64,000 nucleotides of DNA, from NCBI GenBank assembly GCA_951406725.2, contig OX597819.1, positions 44,826,001 to 44,890,000 of the forward strand, given 5' to 3'. Source of the stretch: Octopus vulgaris (taxonomy: Eukaryota). Below the pieces are notes generated by a model. That model saw only the letters and a list, made by a program, of their open reading frames with translations. It had not been told where the DNA came from and did no database searches. The stretch's first letter is position 1. Each line of letters begins with the position of its first letter. The position numbers and the translations under genes were made by a program. Positions 1 to 14,178 of the stretch are shown here, piece by piece.

Positions 1-170
1 ATTAGGTTTTCTTGCTTCTATTACTCTGTCAGTCTGAATACTAAAGTCCCACATCTTATATTTCTTACTTTCTAGAACTTTACTAGGTCCATGTTCATAC
101 CATTTATCAGTATGTCCAAATCCAAGTTTTCTACATAACTCCCAGTGGATTACTCTCCCTAGTTTGTAAT
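1..170 (-). mobile_element. RLE-type (R4/Dong-like) non-LTR retrotransposon fragment
   Basis: Minus-strand translation DKWYEHGPSKVLESKKYKMWDFSIQTDRVIEARKPN matches the KWYEH..WDFxIQTD..RxPD segment that leads into the restriction-like endonuclease. Confidence 0.75.
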
Positions 171-175
171 GTCTT

Positions 176-367
<192 letters not shown>

Positions 368-747
368 TATGTTTGACTTTTGCTTTATATTTGTACAAGT
401 TGGCTCCAAGTCTCACCCAGAGACCTCAAGAGACAACAGGTTGGAAGTTCATGTTGTTGTTATGCCTAGTGTGCCATATATTGGGGGGGGGAGTTTTTGG
501 TGTTGTACTAATGAATGTCTAAAAAAAATTTTTTTTTAATTTTTTTGTTTTAAAAACCGAAAATTATGTTTGTTTTAAACCTTGAGATTACATAGAAAGT
601 ATTTTGCGTAGGATATGAGCAGTTCCCATGAGCACTATCTTTTGAATTTCTGCCATTTTTGGGTTTCCTGGTATCTGAATTAGGTAGCTATCAGCCCCTT
701 TTGCTATCATTCCCAGGGCACCTATGACAACAGGTATTGTTTTAGTC

Positions 748-750
<3 letters not shown>
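368..750 (-). mobile_element. R4/Dong-like LINE 3' end (5'-truncated)
   Basis: Minus strand encodes QIPGNPKMAEIQKIVLMGTAHILRKILSM*, the typical RLE C-terminus; the 3' UTR is shared with copies at about 840 and 2745. Confidence 0.8.
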
Positions 751-812
<62 letters not shown>

Positions 813-839
813 TTATTATTATTATTATTATTATTATTA

Positions 840-2125
840 TGTTTGGCTTTTTTTGTATTTGTATAAGATGACTCCAAGTCTCACCCAGAGATGTCAAGAG
901 ACAACAAGTTAGAAGCTCGTGTTGGTGTTATGCCTAGGGTGTCATATATTTGGTGTTGTACATAGTAATGCTCTAGAGAATGCTTAAGAAAATATGAGAA
1001 AACTATGACATTGTTTTAAAATTTGAGATTAAATAGAAAGTATTTTACGTAGGATATGAGTAGTTCCCATGAGCAATATCTTTTGAATGTCTGCCATTTA
1101 GGGTTTTCATGGTATGTGAGATAGGCAGGAATCAGCCATTTTTGCTATCATTCCTAGGGCACCTATGACAACAAGTATTGTTTTGTCTTGAAGTTCTAAA
1201 TGTTTCCAATTTCTATTTAAAGATCTTTATACTTGCTCAGTTTGGGGTAGGTCTTGACAGATACATTTATGTCGATTGGCACAGTAATATCAACGGGGAG
1301 ACATGTCTTTGCCCAAAGTCTTTCAATATAATCTGTGGCCTATTCACATCTGTCTTTCTGTCAGTTTGAATGGTGAATTCCCAGAGGAGCGACATGTGAT
1401 CATTTTCAAGCACTGAGGGTGATTTGTGTTCCCACTAGTTTTTTTTTATAGGGCAGGTCCAGTTTTTTGCAAATTACCCAGTGAATATATTGTGCTGTTC
1501 TATTATGCCTGTTGAGATACTCTGTAGGCAGAAGAAGACTGTACATGGAGACAATATGATCAATGGTTTCATTTTGTTGTTGAGATAGACGACTTGTTGG
1601 GCTATTGCCGTTCTTTAATATGTTGGCCTGGTAGTCCCTTGTAGGTAGGCACTGATCTTCGGCTGCTTTGATAAACCCTTCTGCTTTTGATTTTAAGCCA
1701 GAAGAAACTAACCACTGATGGGTAAGGACTCTGTCAGCATCGGCACTATTAGCTATGTTTGGGTATTTGCTATTGAGAGGTTTTTCTTGCCATTTATCAG
1801 TAAGAATATCTAAAAGCAGTTTTAGCACGAGTTTTCATACGCTTAGCTTTTCCTGTGCTTGTTTCCAGAACGTCTAATTTTGGAATTTGTTGGATTTGGA
1901 ATTCAGTTAGATATTCCTTTGCCTGTTTTGCTACTGAGTATGATGCTTTCTTGTTTTCATATTTTGTGACAAGTTTTAGAATCCAGTCATCAGAGTTTTT
2001 CAGGTAGGTGTTTAGACCAATTGTGGCAATCTTCATTGTTAATTCCAGTTGTAAAAGTCCACAGCCACCCTCCTTTCATGGCTGGTAAAGTCGCTCTGTA
2101 ACTGCCTGAGGGTGGTGCATTCTAT
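840..2125 (-). mobile_element. R4/Dong-like LINE, degenerate 3' portion (zinc knuckle and RLE endonuclease)
   Basis: ORF 1406..1828 has EGFIKAAEDQCLPTRDY, ETIDHIVS (decayed CCHC) and RHNRTAQYIHW; downstream WEFTIQTDR..RPQII; frameshifts; (TAA)n at the 3' end. Confidence 0.85.
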
Positions 2126-2683
2126 TCATTTTCAACAAATTATTATTATTATTATTGAGTGGAAGAGCAATGCATGCCATCAAAGTAACACCGTAGTACA
2201 AATATACGAGACCCAATATACACTCTATGTCTGCCTGTCCGATAAGAGTACACCAGGCTCATGCAGTACAACTATATGTACGCAAGATAAACAGCGTAAC
2301 CTTGCAGGTGGAGTCCACTTTGAATTTTCTCCAGGTCGAGTAGCCTATCTTGGTCCAAAGGTCTCTGAATAAGGTGATTTTAAGGTGGATGAATGAAACA
2401 CTCATGTTTCTGTGGGTAAAGTATTTAAGCCTCAAAGAATACCTCTCCACACATAGCAACCATGCTCCGTTACTACTCCTGCTCGGATCAGAGATGCACA
2501 AATCGTCAGCCATTAAGGGACAACATGCTCAGCTAATTAAGATCCTGTAACTGATAAGCAAATCTGTGGTATTAAACAGAATAATTGCTGGAGCCCATCT
2601 TTTATACCAAGACAAAACCTATACATGATAACACTTTCAATCAGTTATGATCAGAAGCCACGTGAGCCACCGCCTGTTGCTGC

Positions 2684-2744
<61 letters not shown>

Positions 2745-2745
<1 letters not shown>

Positions 2746-2945
2746 TATGTTTAACTTTTGCTTTACTTTTGCACAAGCTGGCTCTAAGTCTCACCCAGAG
2801 ACCTCAAGGGACAACAAGTTGGAAGTTCGTGTTGGTGTTATGCCTAGGGTGCCATATATTTGGTTTTGTACTTTGTGTTGTACTAGTGAATGTCTAAAAA
2901 AGCCATACGAAAATTGTTTGTTTTAAAACTTGAGATTACATAGAA
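2745..2945 (-). mobile_element. R4/Dong-like LINE 3' UTR fragment
   Basis: Highly similar to 368-600 and 840-1035 (agtctcacccagagacctcaag...ttatgcctagggtgccatat); flanked by (ATT)n on both sides. Confidence 0.8.
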
Positions 2946-2957
2946 TTATTATTATTA

Positions 2958-3021
<64 letters not shown>

Positions 3022-3711
3022 CCTCGTCATCATCATCATCGTTCGACACTTGATAGATTCAAATAAGCTTCTACAGCATTACATGTTTCACCACCGCGTA
3101 CGTTGGTTGCGGGTTATAAGTTAACATCTCAGAGGTAACTTTTTGCAAATTTTGGTGATCACTATTCAAAATGCACTGTGGTTATTTAGAATCATTATGT
3201 AATGTCTCTGAATAATGTCCGGCTACATATAAATGCGTCATATTTCTTTAAATCACCCATTCTCCGTCTTATATAATTACCCTGGAAATCTTTACTTTCA
3301 TTCCAACGCAAATTAATTCCGAATGGGGAGAACAAGTTTCCTTCAAACAGTTATACCCTTTGGTTTAGAGCACGGGATTTAAGCGAAATTTTATCGGCAT
3401 TTTAATATATACCTGTTTATTCATCCTATTTATCAGAAATCTTGGTGCACCACCTGTGTCTTTAATGAAATTGTCAGAATTTCATACGGGTCAATTTTCT
3501 AGATATTTGTGTTAGAGATAGCAAAGTTTTGTGTACACGATTTCGTGTACTGCATCTGTATTGAAGCATTCTTGTAAGTGAAATGCTCGATATTACAGAA
3601 CTAGTTAAGGCAATATGTCTGAAATAAAAAGACGTTTGCATAAGGATTAACGTACTCAGTATTTTGAGGTAGAGAATATGTTAATGACCTAATCCAATTT
3701 AGTACCGAGTG

Positions 3712-3749
<38 letters not shown>

Positions 3750-4074
3750 AGCATTGAATACTATATATATATAGTACTCAATGCTACACACATATTATTT
3801 CGTGATGTATGAACTGATACCATGAGTTTAATGTAAGATATACTCATTAGGTTAATTTTGTGTTATCTGAAATAGAGTACCCGCGTATCGATTAATCCCC
3901 CAAAATTGAATATTGACTTTTATCAGATACTTTGTATATTTATAGATAAATATATAAATATGCGATAAATAAAACCCCAAAGTACGACATGTAGATGCAT
4001 ATAACACTGTGGGGTTACACCTGATTGATTTGGAAATTTGTTTTACCAAATTATGTATATATATATATATATCG

Positions 4075-4370
4075 GACTCGGTACACATAGCAACATTACG
4101 CCGCAATTACTTTACCTCAACCGGTCCAGCTCTCTTTAATATCATACCAAAATACCTCAAAACGAAAACGGATCCCATACAATTCAAATGTTCACTGGAC
4201 AAATTTCTTCAAAAAATTCCAGACCAGCCTCCTAAATTGTCTCCAACAATAATAACTCTTTGTTAGAGTGGGCCCCATATATGACTAAAATACTTCACCA
4301 GTTGGTGGTATTTAGTTAGACATGGCCTGGGCCTATACTGGCCGAAACCTATCAAAGGTATCAAAGTTAT
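4075..4370 (+). mobile_element. CR1-group LINE 3' end
   Basis: ORF 4009..4266 ends TLRRNYFTSTGPALFNIIPKYLK..FKCSLDKFLQKIPDQP, a typical C-terminus; the 3' UTR (gttagacatggcctgggcc...gccgaaac) resembles the copy at 17820-18540. Confidence 0.75.
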
Positions 4371-4705
4371 ATAAATATATAATGTGCTGTTCGATGATGA
4401 TGAAATCAGCCAAAAATGTATTCCATACATGTACACACACACATATAGGTATAATGCATTTTCCAATATAGCATTATTAGATACTCAGAGGATGCTCAGA
4501 GGATAATCTGTATACTGAAATAAGTCTTTCATTATGCAATCATGTGTCAATGTGAAAATATATGGACAGAATATGCAAAGATGTACGGATACCAAAATTG
4601 AGGGGTGGGGCAAATTGGTGCTTAACTTAATAGATATTAGGTATATTTTACGTATATGTACTTGCTAGTATGTAAGATAACATTATATATATAAGAGTGT
4701 GAGAT

Positions 4706-4919
4706 AGGGTTGCTGAAAAGTTCCTGCCCTTAAGTGTCGCGAAAGGTCTGGTTGGAGGCCCAACCTTAGGAGTACTTTTACACAGCTTAGAAATACTGAA
4801 GGGCTACTGCAATAATTGTGTGAATCTGAGAGGGGAATATGTTTAATAAAATCATAATTAACCGATCGTCCTGTATATTCTTTTACTCAAAGCGAGAAAC
4901 TTTTGAGCCCCACATTGTA
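4706..4919 (+). mobile_element. mariner-derived MITE
   Basis: Imperfect terminal inverted repeats (gggttgctgaaaagtt / aaacttttgagcccc); internal tgtgtgaatctgagaggggaatatgtt encodes CVNLRGEYV, a mariner C-terminus; inverse relative at 20426-20710. Confidence 0.6.
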
Positions 4920-4971
4920 TAAGTTGTATATATATGTGTGTTTGTGTGTATGTGTGTACATACATGCACAC

Positions 4972-5014
<43 letters not shown>

Positions 5015-5259
5015 ATATTAGGGTGAGATTGATAGTTATTTAATGTTATTTAGGCATCTTTATATTCTATTGTTTTACATGTCTATTATGCATATTTCCA
5101 CGCACGCACACACACATTCATATATATATGCATATATGTATATATGTGTGTGTATACATATATATATGTATATATGTATATATATAAATATATATATATA
5201 TGTATATATGTATATATATAAATATATATGTATGTATATACATATATATGTATATATAT

Positions 5260-5301
<42 letters not shown>

Positions 5302-5311
5302 ATATACTTAT

Positions 5312-5383
<72 letters not shown>

Positions 5384-6657
5384 TAGTGTGTGCGTGTGGC
5401 GTCTTGTATGTATGAGCTTCTATCTGTTTCTATTCCGCAGGGTTCATAAGATTGAGTACATATGTGTATGTATATATGTTTCTTTATGTGTGCAATTATG
5501 TATTTTCACTATCACTTTCGGGAAGTCATCAAAACTATTTCGTTAATGATTTTTTTTTATACTTGTGGTAAAACTGTCTGCCTTTAGCCTCTTGTTGGAT
5601 AGTAATATCTCGGAGGGACCTCCTTATCACAGCATGGCGACGGAGCTCATTGCAATCTCCACTCAGCCAATACGGAAATACCCTCGGGCTCATCCATTTA
5701 TTCCGCAGTTTTACTTCTTTAGGGTTATGAAACCCATTCACTCCCGCCTCAAACTCAGTAGAGCCATACATTAACTATTCATATGATACTGCTTTCTTCT
5801 CTCTCTTCACATAGGGTCATTTTTTTTTTCTACTTTCTTCTAGTGTTATCCAATGTCAGTTTTTTTTCCAACCTCAATATATACATTGGGTAATGCAGAT
5901 ATTTTATATCACTAACATTGCCAAAACATACACACGCACGCACACACACACTCACACACACACACACACACAGGGGCACAGAGAGAGATACAGACACAGA
6001 GACATATATGAAATAACATTTTAATTTCAGCCAGCGTTTGGAGTCCAATATATTCATGTTTTTCTTAAGTCTGTTACGGTGGTACTTCCCACCTGACCAC
6101 AGATATCACAAAATATTTAACAAGTATACCCTACAAACTACCTACAGCTCTCCATCAAAAATTTACTTTCAGTATCGGTATAAAATATTACTGTACCACA
6201 GTTCTGACATATAACTAACCCCAATGTAATCACATCAGCGTCATTTCATGTTTACTTCATAACAAAAGCCTCAGTAAGATATACTGCGCTAAGCTGAACT
6301 CGGATTACTAAATGGAAAGACTTTGCGTATGCTTAACAAAACTTACTTTTAAAAGCAGATATGCAGAGCACACATATTCTTTGAAGTGCTTGAAGAAAAT
6401 ACACCACAACTCTCCTTATCAGTGGTGGAATTTAAAAGAGATATTCTGGAGGATCTGGAATGTGCTGCTCATGTGCCAATGGAAAATGCTTCATTTTCTC
6501 GTTTCTTTCAAACCTATTGAAATCAGAGAATGTTAATTTCGAATTCTCACTAAGTTTAATTAAAGGAACATTATACTATCAAAGGGCCCAATAGTTATCA
6601 AATTCTTAGAAATTCTCCGATATTTCCTGGAAGTTCCTTAAATATCTATCAATAGGA

Positions 6658-6821
6658 ATGGGAGTGGCTGTGTGGTAAGGAGCTTGCTTCCCAACCACAT
6701 GGTTCCGGGTACAGTCTCACAGCGTGGCACCTTGGGCAAGTGTCTTCCACTATAGCCTCGGGCCGACCAAATACTTGTGAGTGGATTTGGTAGACGGAAA
6801 CTGTAAGAAGTCCGTCGTATA

Positions 6822-6857
<36 letters not shown>

Positions 6858-7075
6858 TGTATGTATGTATGTATGTATGTATGTGTGTGTGTGTGTGTGC
6901 CTGTGTTTGTCCCTCTTCCACCATCGCTTGACAACCGATGTTGGTGTTTCTAGGTCCCCGTAACTTAGCTGTTCAGCATCAAGGACCGATAGAATAAGTA
7001 CTAGTCTTACAAAGAATAAGTTCTGGGCTCGATTTGTTCGATTAAAGGCGCAGTCAAATGACTGAAACAAGTAAT
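6658..7075 (+). mobile_element. SINE family A (tRNA-like head, internal microsatellite), near full length
   Basis: Head ggagtggctgtgtggtaag..ggttccgggtacagtc with A/B-box-like motifs, core ggcaccttgggcaagtgtctt, tail gcagtcaaatgactgaaacaagt; many similar copies in the window. Confidence 0.85.
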
Positions 7076-7344
7076 AGAACAAAAAATATATTATACAATG
7101 AATATTTAGAGTTCTACCTAACTCGTTTTCTGTCAAATGCTCAATACTAATGCTCTTCAATTGTATTTAGGAGGACACTCACGAGTAAGTTAACAGTCTT
7201 GTTTTCTCTTCACTTCTCACTGTTTGTATAAAACTCTGGGTTTGTCTTCAAAATCTTGCGTTCATTTCACCTTTTATTTTGATGTAATGTCTTTAATTCA
7301 TGTATTTATTTATTTATCTAACTGTCGATCTGTTTCTTTCCTTG

Positions 7345-7415
<71 letters not shown>

Positions 7416-7434
7416 CATATACATACATACATAA

Positions 7435-7504
<70 letters not shown>

Positions 7505-7977
7505 GTATTTATGTATGTATGTATTTCTTCTTACTGTTTTTCGCTACTTTTTCTCTTTTGTATAACATGACTGGGAAACAAGAATTCTCCTTTTCCGTAA
7601 TTAGAAAATAAATTTGAATTTGTCTGCAGATTCTTGTGCGCACTGTAACTTTATTGTTAGTGTTTATTTGTATTAAGCATCTTCGCGTCTATGTGTTTAC
7701 TTAAGCTACGAGTAACTGTTTTTAACTGTTCTGCACCATGTCGAAACAGAAGTTGTAATGGATATGTGATATCCATCTATTAATACGTGTCACGTATAGC
7801 AAGGTAAATTGTCAAATGAAGTAGAACACTAGCATAATCGTGGAACTTTTAAAATTTTCTTTTAGAAAGGCAACAAGTTCTTCACATAAACTAGATTGCA
7901 TCAACAATGCTGAATGTCAACACCACATCCAGAGGAAAAAATATATATAATTTAAGACTAAATATTCGCTCGAAAAT

Positions 7978-8400
7978 TTGGCACAAAGCCTGCAATTTCG
8001 GGGAGGGGGTTGGTCGGCTACTTCAATGACCATTGATTAACTGGTACTTATTTTATCGACCCTGAAAGAAGGAAAGGCAAAATCGACCTCGGCGGAATTT
8101 GAACTCAGAACGTAAATTCGGAAGAAATGCCGCTAAGATTTTTTACTCGGTGTGCTAGCAATTCAACCAGCTCGCTAACATATTTTTGAATAAATATATG
8201 TTTCCAATTTTGGCACAAGGCGGCTAATTCCGAGGGAAGGAAACACCCAGTAATCAATTGGCATTTACTGTATCGACCCCGAAAGGATTAAAGGTAAAGT
8301 CGATGCCGGCGGAATTTGAACTAAGAACGTGAAGTTGGAGGAAATACCACTAATAATTTTTTTTTTTGCGGCATGATAGCGATTTGTCAGCTTGCTGCCT
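7978..8400 (-). mobile_element. Two diverged copies of SINE family B
   Basis: Contain tcgacctcggcggaatttgaactcagaacg, the reverse complement of the family B core cgttctgagttcaaattccgccgaggtcga. Confidence 0.75.
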
Positions 8401-10479
8401 ACCAATTTACGAATAAATATTAACATTATACGAAAGGAATTCTCTATAGATATACTTTCATGTAAGGTACATAGGAATTTCCACATGTACGCGCAAACAT
8501 CCAAGTAAATGCATATATTGTAACACACCCGAGGAAAAAATAAATTCGCTAATCCTGCATCACGCAACACCTCTCCAACTATTGATCACTTGTGGGTTTG
8601 AGTTCTCTTCTATATTCTGTCGACGTCAAGAAGTCGTTCAGTATACTGCATACCCAGACAACTTTTATAACTCTTTCTTACCTCAAAATGTGCTCCATCT
8701 TCTACAGCTCCATTTTTTCTTTTTGTTTTTGGGTGGTTGAACAGAACTTGCTTTCGGTACAACTAGAAATCCGTCGCAACAATAGTGACACTGTTCGGTT
8801 TTTCTTTTCCTTGATTTCAGAAGGAGCTAAAATAACGAAAAAGGGAAGGTCTAATTAAATGATTTACAATTATTTGGGTCTAGTGGAGAAATGAACCTCA
8901 ACTTAAAAAAAAAAAATGAAATGAGAGACACATTGGAAAATCTAAACTTAAATATATAATGTTTAATGAAACATAGCTACCACAATAATGGGTTTTAAGC
9001 ATTTAATTTAACTGGGGCTCAACAACAACAACAACGACAACAACAACAGCTACTACTACTACTACTACTACTACTATTACTACTACTACGACTATTACTA
9101 CTACTACTACTACAGAATAAAATAAAGATGATCAAATATAGATACAAGTGTGAACAGGGTTACGAAAAGAGCCAATATCAGATTGGTTAAAAGTTTATCG
9201 ACTTAGCAAAAGTCAATGGAAACTAAAGTTAATCTTCGTAAATTTTAAATATGAAATCAATATCAAGACACATTAGATTAGTGAACGAAAGTTTAAGCAG
9301 TTTTATCCAGCTTTCTGTACCATATGGATGAAACTACGAAAGACTCTCTATAGGTCACACGACTTGTTTGAAATAGCAGTTCGATCCCTGTAAGTCACGC
9401 ACAATAGTATAAAACAAGGAGCGGTGCATTGTACGATGTATTTTGTCAATTATATACATAAAAGACTGGATGGTCACTTCTAGAAAGTCTTTGATCCTAA
9501 GTTTACTAAAGCAAAGTTAAGTTAAACAATATTAGCATCGACAACATACATAACAGCAACAATCATGGCGGTACACTGAATGAGATAAAAAAGAGAGGTT
9601 CACATCCACAATTACCCGCCCTGCTAGAAATAGTTGCTATATATCTCTGAAATCGCGCTATAGTTCTTTTTTACGGAATAGAAATATATTGGCTACGGTG
9701 GGCACGTTTGGGACGCCTCAGACGATGCCTGTAATCGAACAGGACTAATCTGAGGTTAAATAACAACAACAAATAAATGAACGCCATCTATAGTTGTGCG
9801 TACAAAGAAATACAAACGTACTCACTCACACACGTACACACGCACACACCCACACGTACACAGAGATAGACTCACAAACACAAACACAAACACAGACACA
9901 CTCTTTCACTCACACGTACAAACGCAAATGCGACAGTAGCGTAGATATACTTCGAAGGGTTGCCGTCCGTTGTTAGTAGACACAATGAGACTGGTATCTA
10001 CTGAAATTGTACAAATTACTATATACCTACAGTTATAACACGATTTAAAATGAATCAACGAAGGGAATTGACCCCCTTATTTTATTCTACCAGAAATAAT
10101 AGCCAAAATCACATTCATATGACATAGTTTATTTATTGTATAATACATGTTCCTTAGCATGTTGTTATATTTTATTATTTTAGTTTAATCGCGGAGGAAG
10201 GATTAATACCCAGAGCACTCACCGAACGCAAGCTTTGCTATGTTTTAAACTAAGAATCGTCGGTCGTGTTTCGAACGCCCACGAATAGTTCCAACTTGAT
10301 TGAGAAATAGTAACATGAGAAAGATATAAAAAAGATAAAAGTATTCATTTTGACGGAAACATGGCTGACGACATAAATTTGTAAAATGGACAAACAAAAA
10401 ATATTCTTGGTATCAATATAATCGAAATAAAAGAATTAATTGTAGTCCCTCTCTATTTACGTTCCTATGTATATATTCA

Positions 10480-10481
10480 AT

Positions 10482-10517
<36 letters not shown>

Positions 10518-10530
10518 GTATATACATATG

Positions 10531-10627
<97 letters not shown>

Positions 10628-10713
10628 TGATAGATAGATAGATATGTGTGTGTGTATGCATAAACATACATACATGCATGCATACATACATTCATATCTA
10701 TATCTAACAGTCC

Positions 10714-10782
<69 letters not shown>

Positions 10783-11048
10783 ACTCACATATACAAACAT
10801 ACACGCACATACACACACACATAAATAGAGAGAGAAAACAATTAGATAGGTTGATAAGTAGATAAAAAGATACATAGATAGATAAATAAAGAGACAGAGA
10901 GACAGAGACAGAGACAGAACTAGACAGGACGATAGATGTATATATTTGTGTGTGTATGAATATATATATGCACATATATATACATATATATGCATATGTA
11001 TATGTATATATATATATATATTTATATATGTGTGTGTGTTATGCATGT

Positions 11049-11104
<56 letters not shown>

Positions 11105-11354
11105 ATGTATACATAAATATATATATATATACATATATGCATACATACACACACATACACACACACACACATACACACATATTTATATATGGATAGGCAA
11201 ATTATATGTTTATACATATATATATATATATATATATGCGTGTGTGTATAGTTATAGATATAGATATAGATATACGCGCTCTCACACTCATGCACACATA
11301 CATATAGACACACATATACACACAAAAACAAATGGATTCATCTCTTTCTATCTA

Positions 11355-11447
<93 letters not shown>

Positions 11448-11460
11448 TATATATGTATAT
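10480..11460. repeat. Compound microsatellite field ((CA)n, (GATA)n, (TATC)n, (TA)n, (CT)n)
   Basis: Directly visible. Confidence 0.95.
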
Positions 11461-11511
11461 TTATACATATATGTCCGTCAAGGAATATAGTCACTTTGAC
11501 TGCCTGCACCA

Positions 11512-11608
11512 ATGGTGTGCAGCTATGGCTGTGGTGTTCTATTGAATTGTATTCTGCTGCTGTATTTACAGCCGCTAGCAGTAGTCCAGACTGCTACACG
11601 ATACAGAG
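11512..11608 (+). CDS. Candidate first coding exon (signal-peptide-like) of an unidentified host gene
   Basis: ATG at 11512 with an in-frame TGA just upstream; reads [32 protein letters not shown]; ends at AG|gtaatt in phase 1; non-repetitive island. No homology recognised. Confidence 0.3.
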
Positions 11609-12257
11609 GTAATTACGTTGTGAGGGTACTCAGTATGTTGCCTACCCGAGGAAAGCCGCGTCATCGTATACTTTAATCCATCTATTACCCCCACCGCGCA
11701 CCCCATTTTCGAACCGAAACGAAGTTCTACCTCACCCTCTCTTTCTCTTTGTATACTCATATATACATTCATTAATACATACACACACACATGCACACAC
11801 ACACACACACATATATATATCAATACATACACGTATAGCACACATACATACCAATATAGTACTATATCCCTATCTACCCGTTATTCACTCTTACTTCCTT
11901 CTCTTCCTGTTTCTCTCACTGCCTCTCACACTCATTCTGCTCCTTATATACATATAACACTCTCTGTCTACAACCTTCTCTCTCTCTCTTTCCTCGTTTG
12001 CACACATTATTCTCTCATTCTCCTTCTTTTCTTCTTCTCTGTCCTCCACCCCTTACTCCACTTTCTCATGCTGCAATGTTGTGTATTGTTTTTTATTTTT
12101 GTTTTTCTTTTGCTTTCGTTTATTTCTTTCGGCTCCACCCTTTTTATCTCCCTTGCGGCCTTTCATCTTTTCTTGTGCCTGCCTCTCTTTCTGTCTATAC
12201 ATCCCTCTTATTATGCACATTCTGCTATACATACATGGATACACACGCGCGCCTGCA

Positions 12258-12307
<50 letters not shown>

Positions 12308-12438
12308 GATACACACACACTTCTTGCGTCGGCTTGCATGTGGTGTATATATTTACATAAACATAAATACATATATGCATACATCCATATATACTGACAT
12401 ACATATATATGTGCGTCTGTGTATGTGTATGTCTGTCA

Positions 12439-12476
<38 letters not shown>

Positions 12477-12477
12477 T

Positions 12478-12641
12478 ACATGACTGGCTGTATGATAAGT
12501 AGCTTGCTTACCAACCACATGGTTCCTGGTTCAGTCCTACTGCGTGGCACCTTAGGCAAGTGTCTTCTACTATAGCCTCGGGCCGACCAAAGCCTTGTGA
12601 CTAGATTTGGTAGACGGAAACTGAAAGAAGCCCGTCGTATA

Positions 12642-12691
<50 letters not shown>

Positions 12692-12905
12692 CATATGTGT
12701 GTGCTTGTATGTCAGTGATTGTCCCCCCCGCAACGTCGCTTGACAACCGATGCTGGTGTGTTTACGTCCCCGTAACGTAGCGGTTTGGCAAAAGAGACTG
12801 ATAGATTAAGTACTAGGCTTACAAAGAATAAGTCCTGGGTCGATTTGCTCGACAAAAGGCGGTGCTTCAGCATGGCCGCAGTCAGGGAGTAAAAGAGTAA
12901 AGAGT
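12478..12905 (+). mobile_element. SINE family A, full length
   Basis: Same head, core and tail as 6658; ends in (gagtaaaa)n. Confidence 0.85.
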
Positions 12906-13085
12906 ATATATAGGATTATATAAGAACACGTATACACGCGTGCGTATCCGAGTTTATCTCGCCCTCTCTTTTTCTCTATCTCGCTATCTGTCTATCTCTG
13001 TCTCTGCCTGTCTCTCTCTTTCTCTCCCTCCCTCTCTCTCTCCATCTCTCTCTCTCTGTATGTATATATATATATATATATATAT

Positions 13086-13224
<139 letters not shown>

Positions 13225-13764
13225 TAGATATAGATATAGATATAAACACATATACTTGTGTATGGTGCAAACACAAAAATTTGAGTTTGAGACACATGAA
13301 CAGGAAATCACATACATGCACCTGGTGGACACTAACTTACATTTGCTAATTTATGGGCAGTGTCCGTATTTAGCTTTGAAAAGAAAAAAAAAACCAGAAG
13401 GAAAAAAACTATACATGTGTACCGAAATACAGATTCGCTTGCCTACAGACCTACACACACATTCAAGATACGCCACACACCCGAACGTTTTCATTCACTT
13501 AAAATTACACACCGCCATTTGTAATAACTATATCTCTTTCTCTCTCTTCCTTCCACTCACTATATTTCCTTTTCTCATTAGCTTTGTCCCTTTCTCTGCC
13601 TGTCTATCTTTCTCGGTTAGTCTTTTGCTGTCGCAATCTCTCTCTCTCTCCTTCTTAGTTTCTATTTCTTCTGTTTCACTCTTTAAAACATTCGGTCTCT
13701 TTGTTTTACTTTAGCTCCCCCTCTTCTACTTGTTCTGTCTGTCTTTCTTTATCTCTCTCAGTAA

Positions 13765-13801
<37 letters not shown>

Positions 13802-13947
13802 ACACACACATACACACTATCTCTCTCTCATAATACTCTCTCTCTCACACACACACACACTATCTCTCTCTTTCTCCTTCTCCTCCTTTCTGTCCTCTCA
13901 TTAATCTTATTCTCCTTTCTGGCTATCACTCGCTTTATAACTCCTCT

Positions 13948-13998
<51 letters not shown>

Positions 13999-14023
13999 CA
14001 TCTATCTATTTATCTATCAATCA

Positions 14024-14096
<73 letters not shown>

Positions 14097-14143
14097 ACAA
14101 CTATTCCTGTATTATTTACACGTGTACCTATACACTCTTTCTA

Positions 14144-14178
<35 letters not shown>

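Noticed and set aside
3060-3700. Possible degenerate Penelope GIY-YIG end
   Set aside because: Only faint motifs (AYVG, PFGL); too decayed to support a call.
6312-6536. 74-aa ORF and an overlapping alternative frame as a host exon
   Set aside because: No recognisable homology and no convincing donor site.
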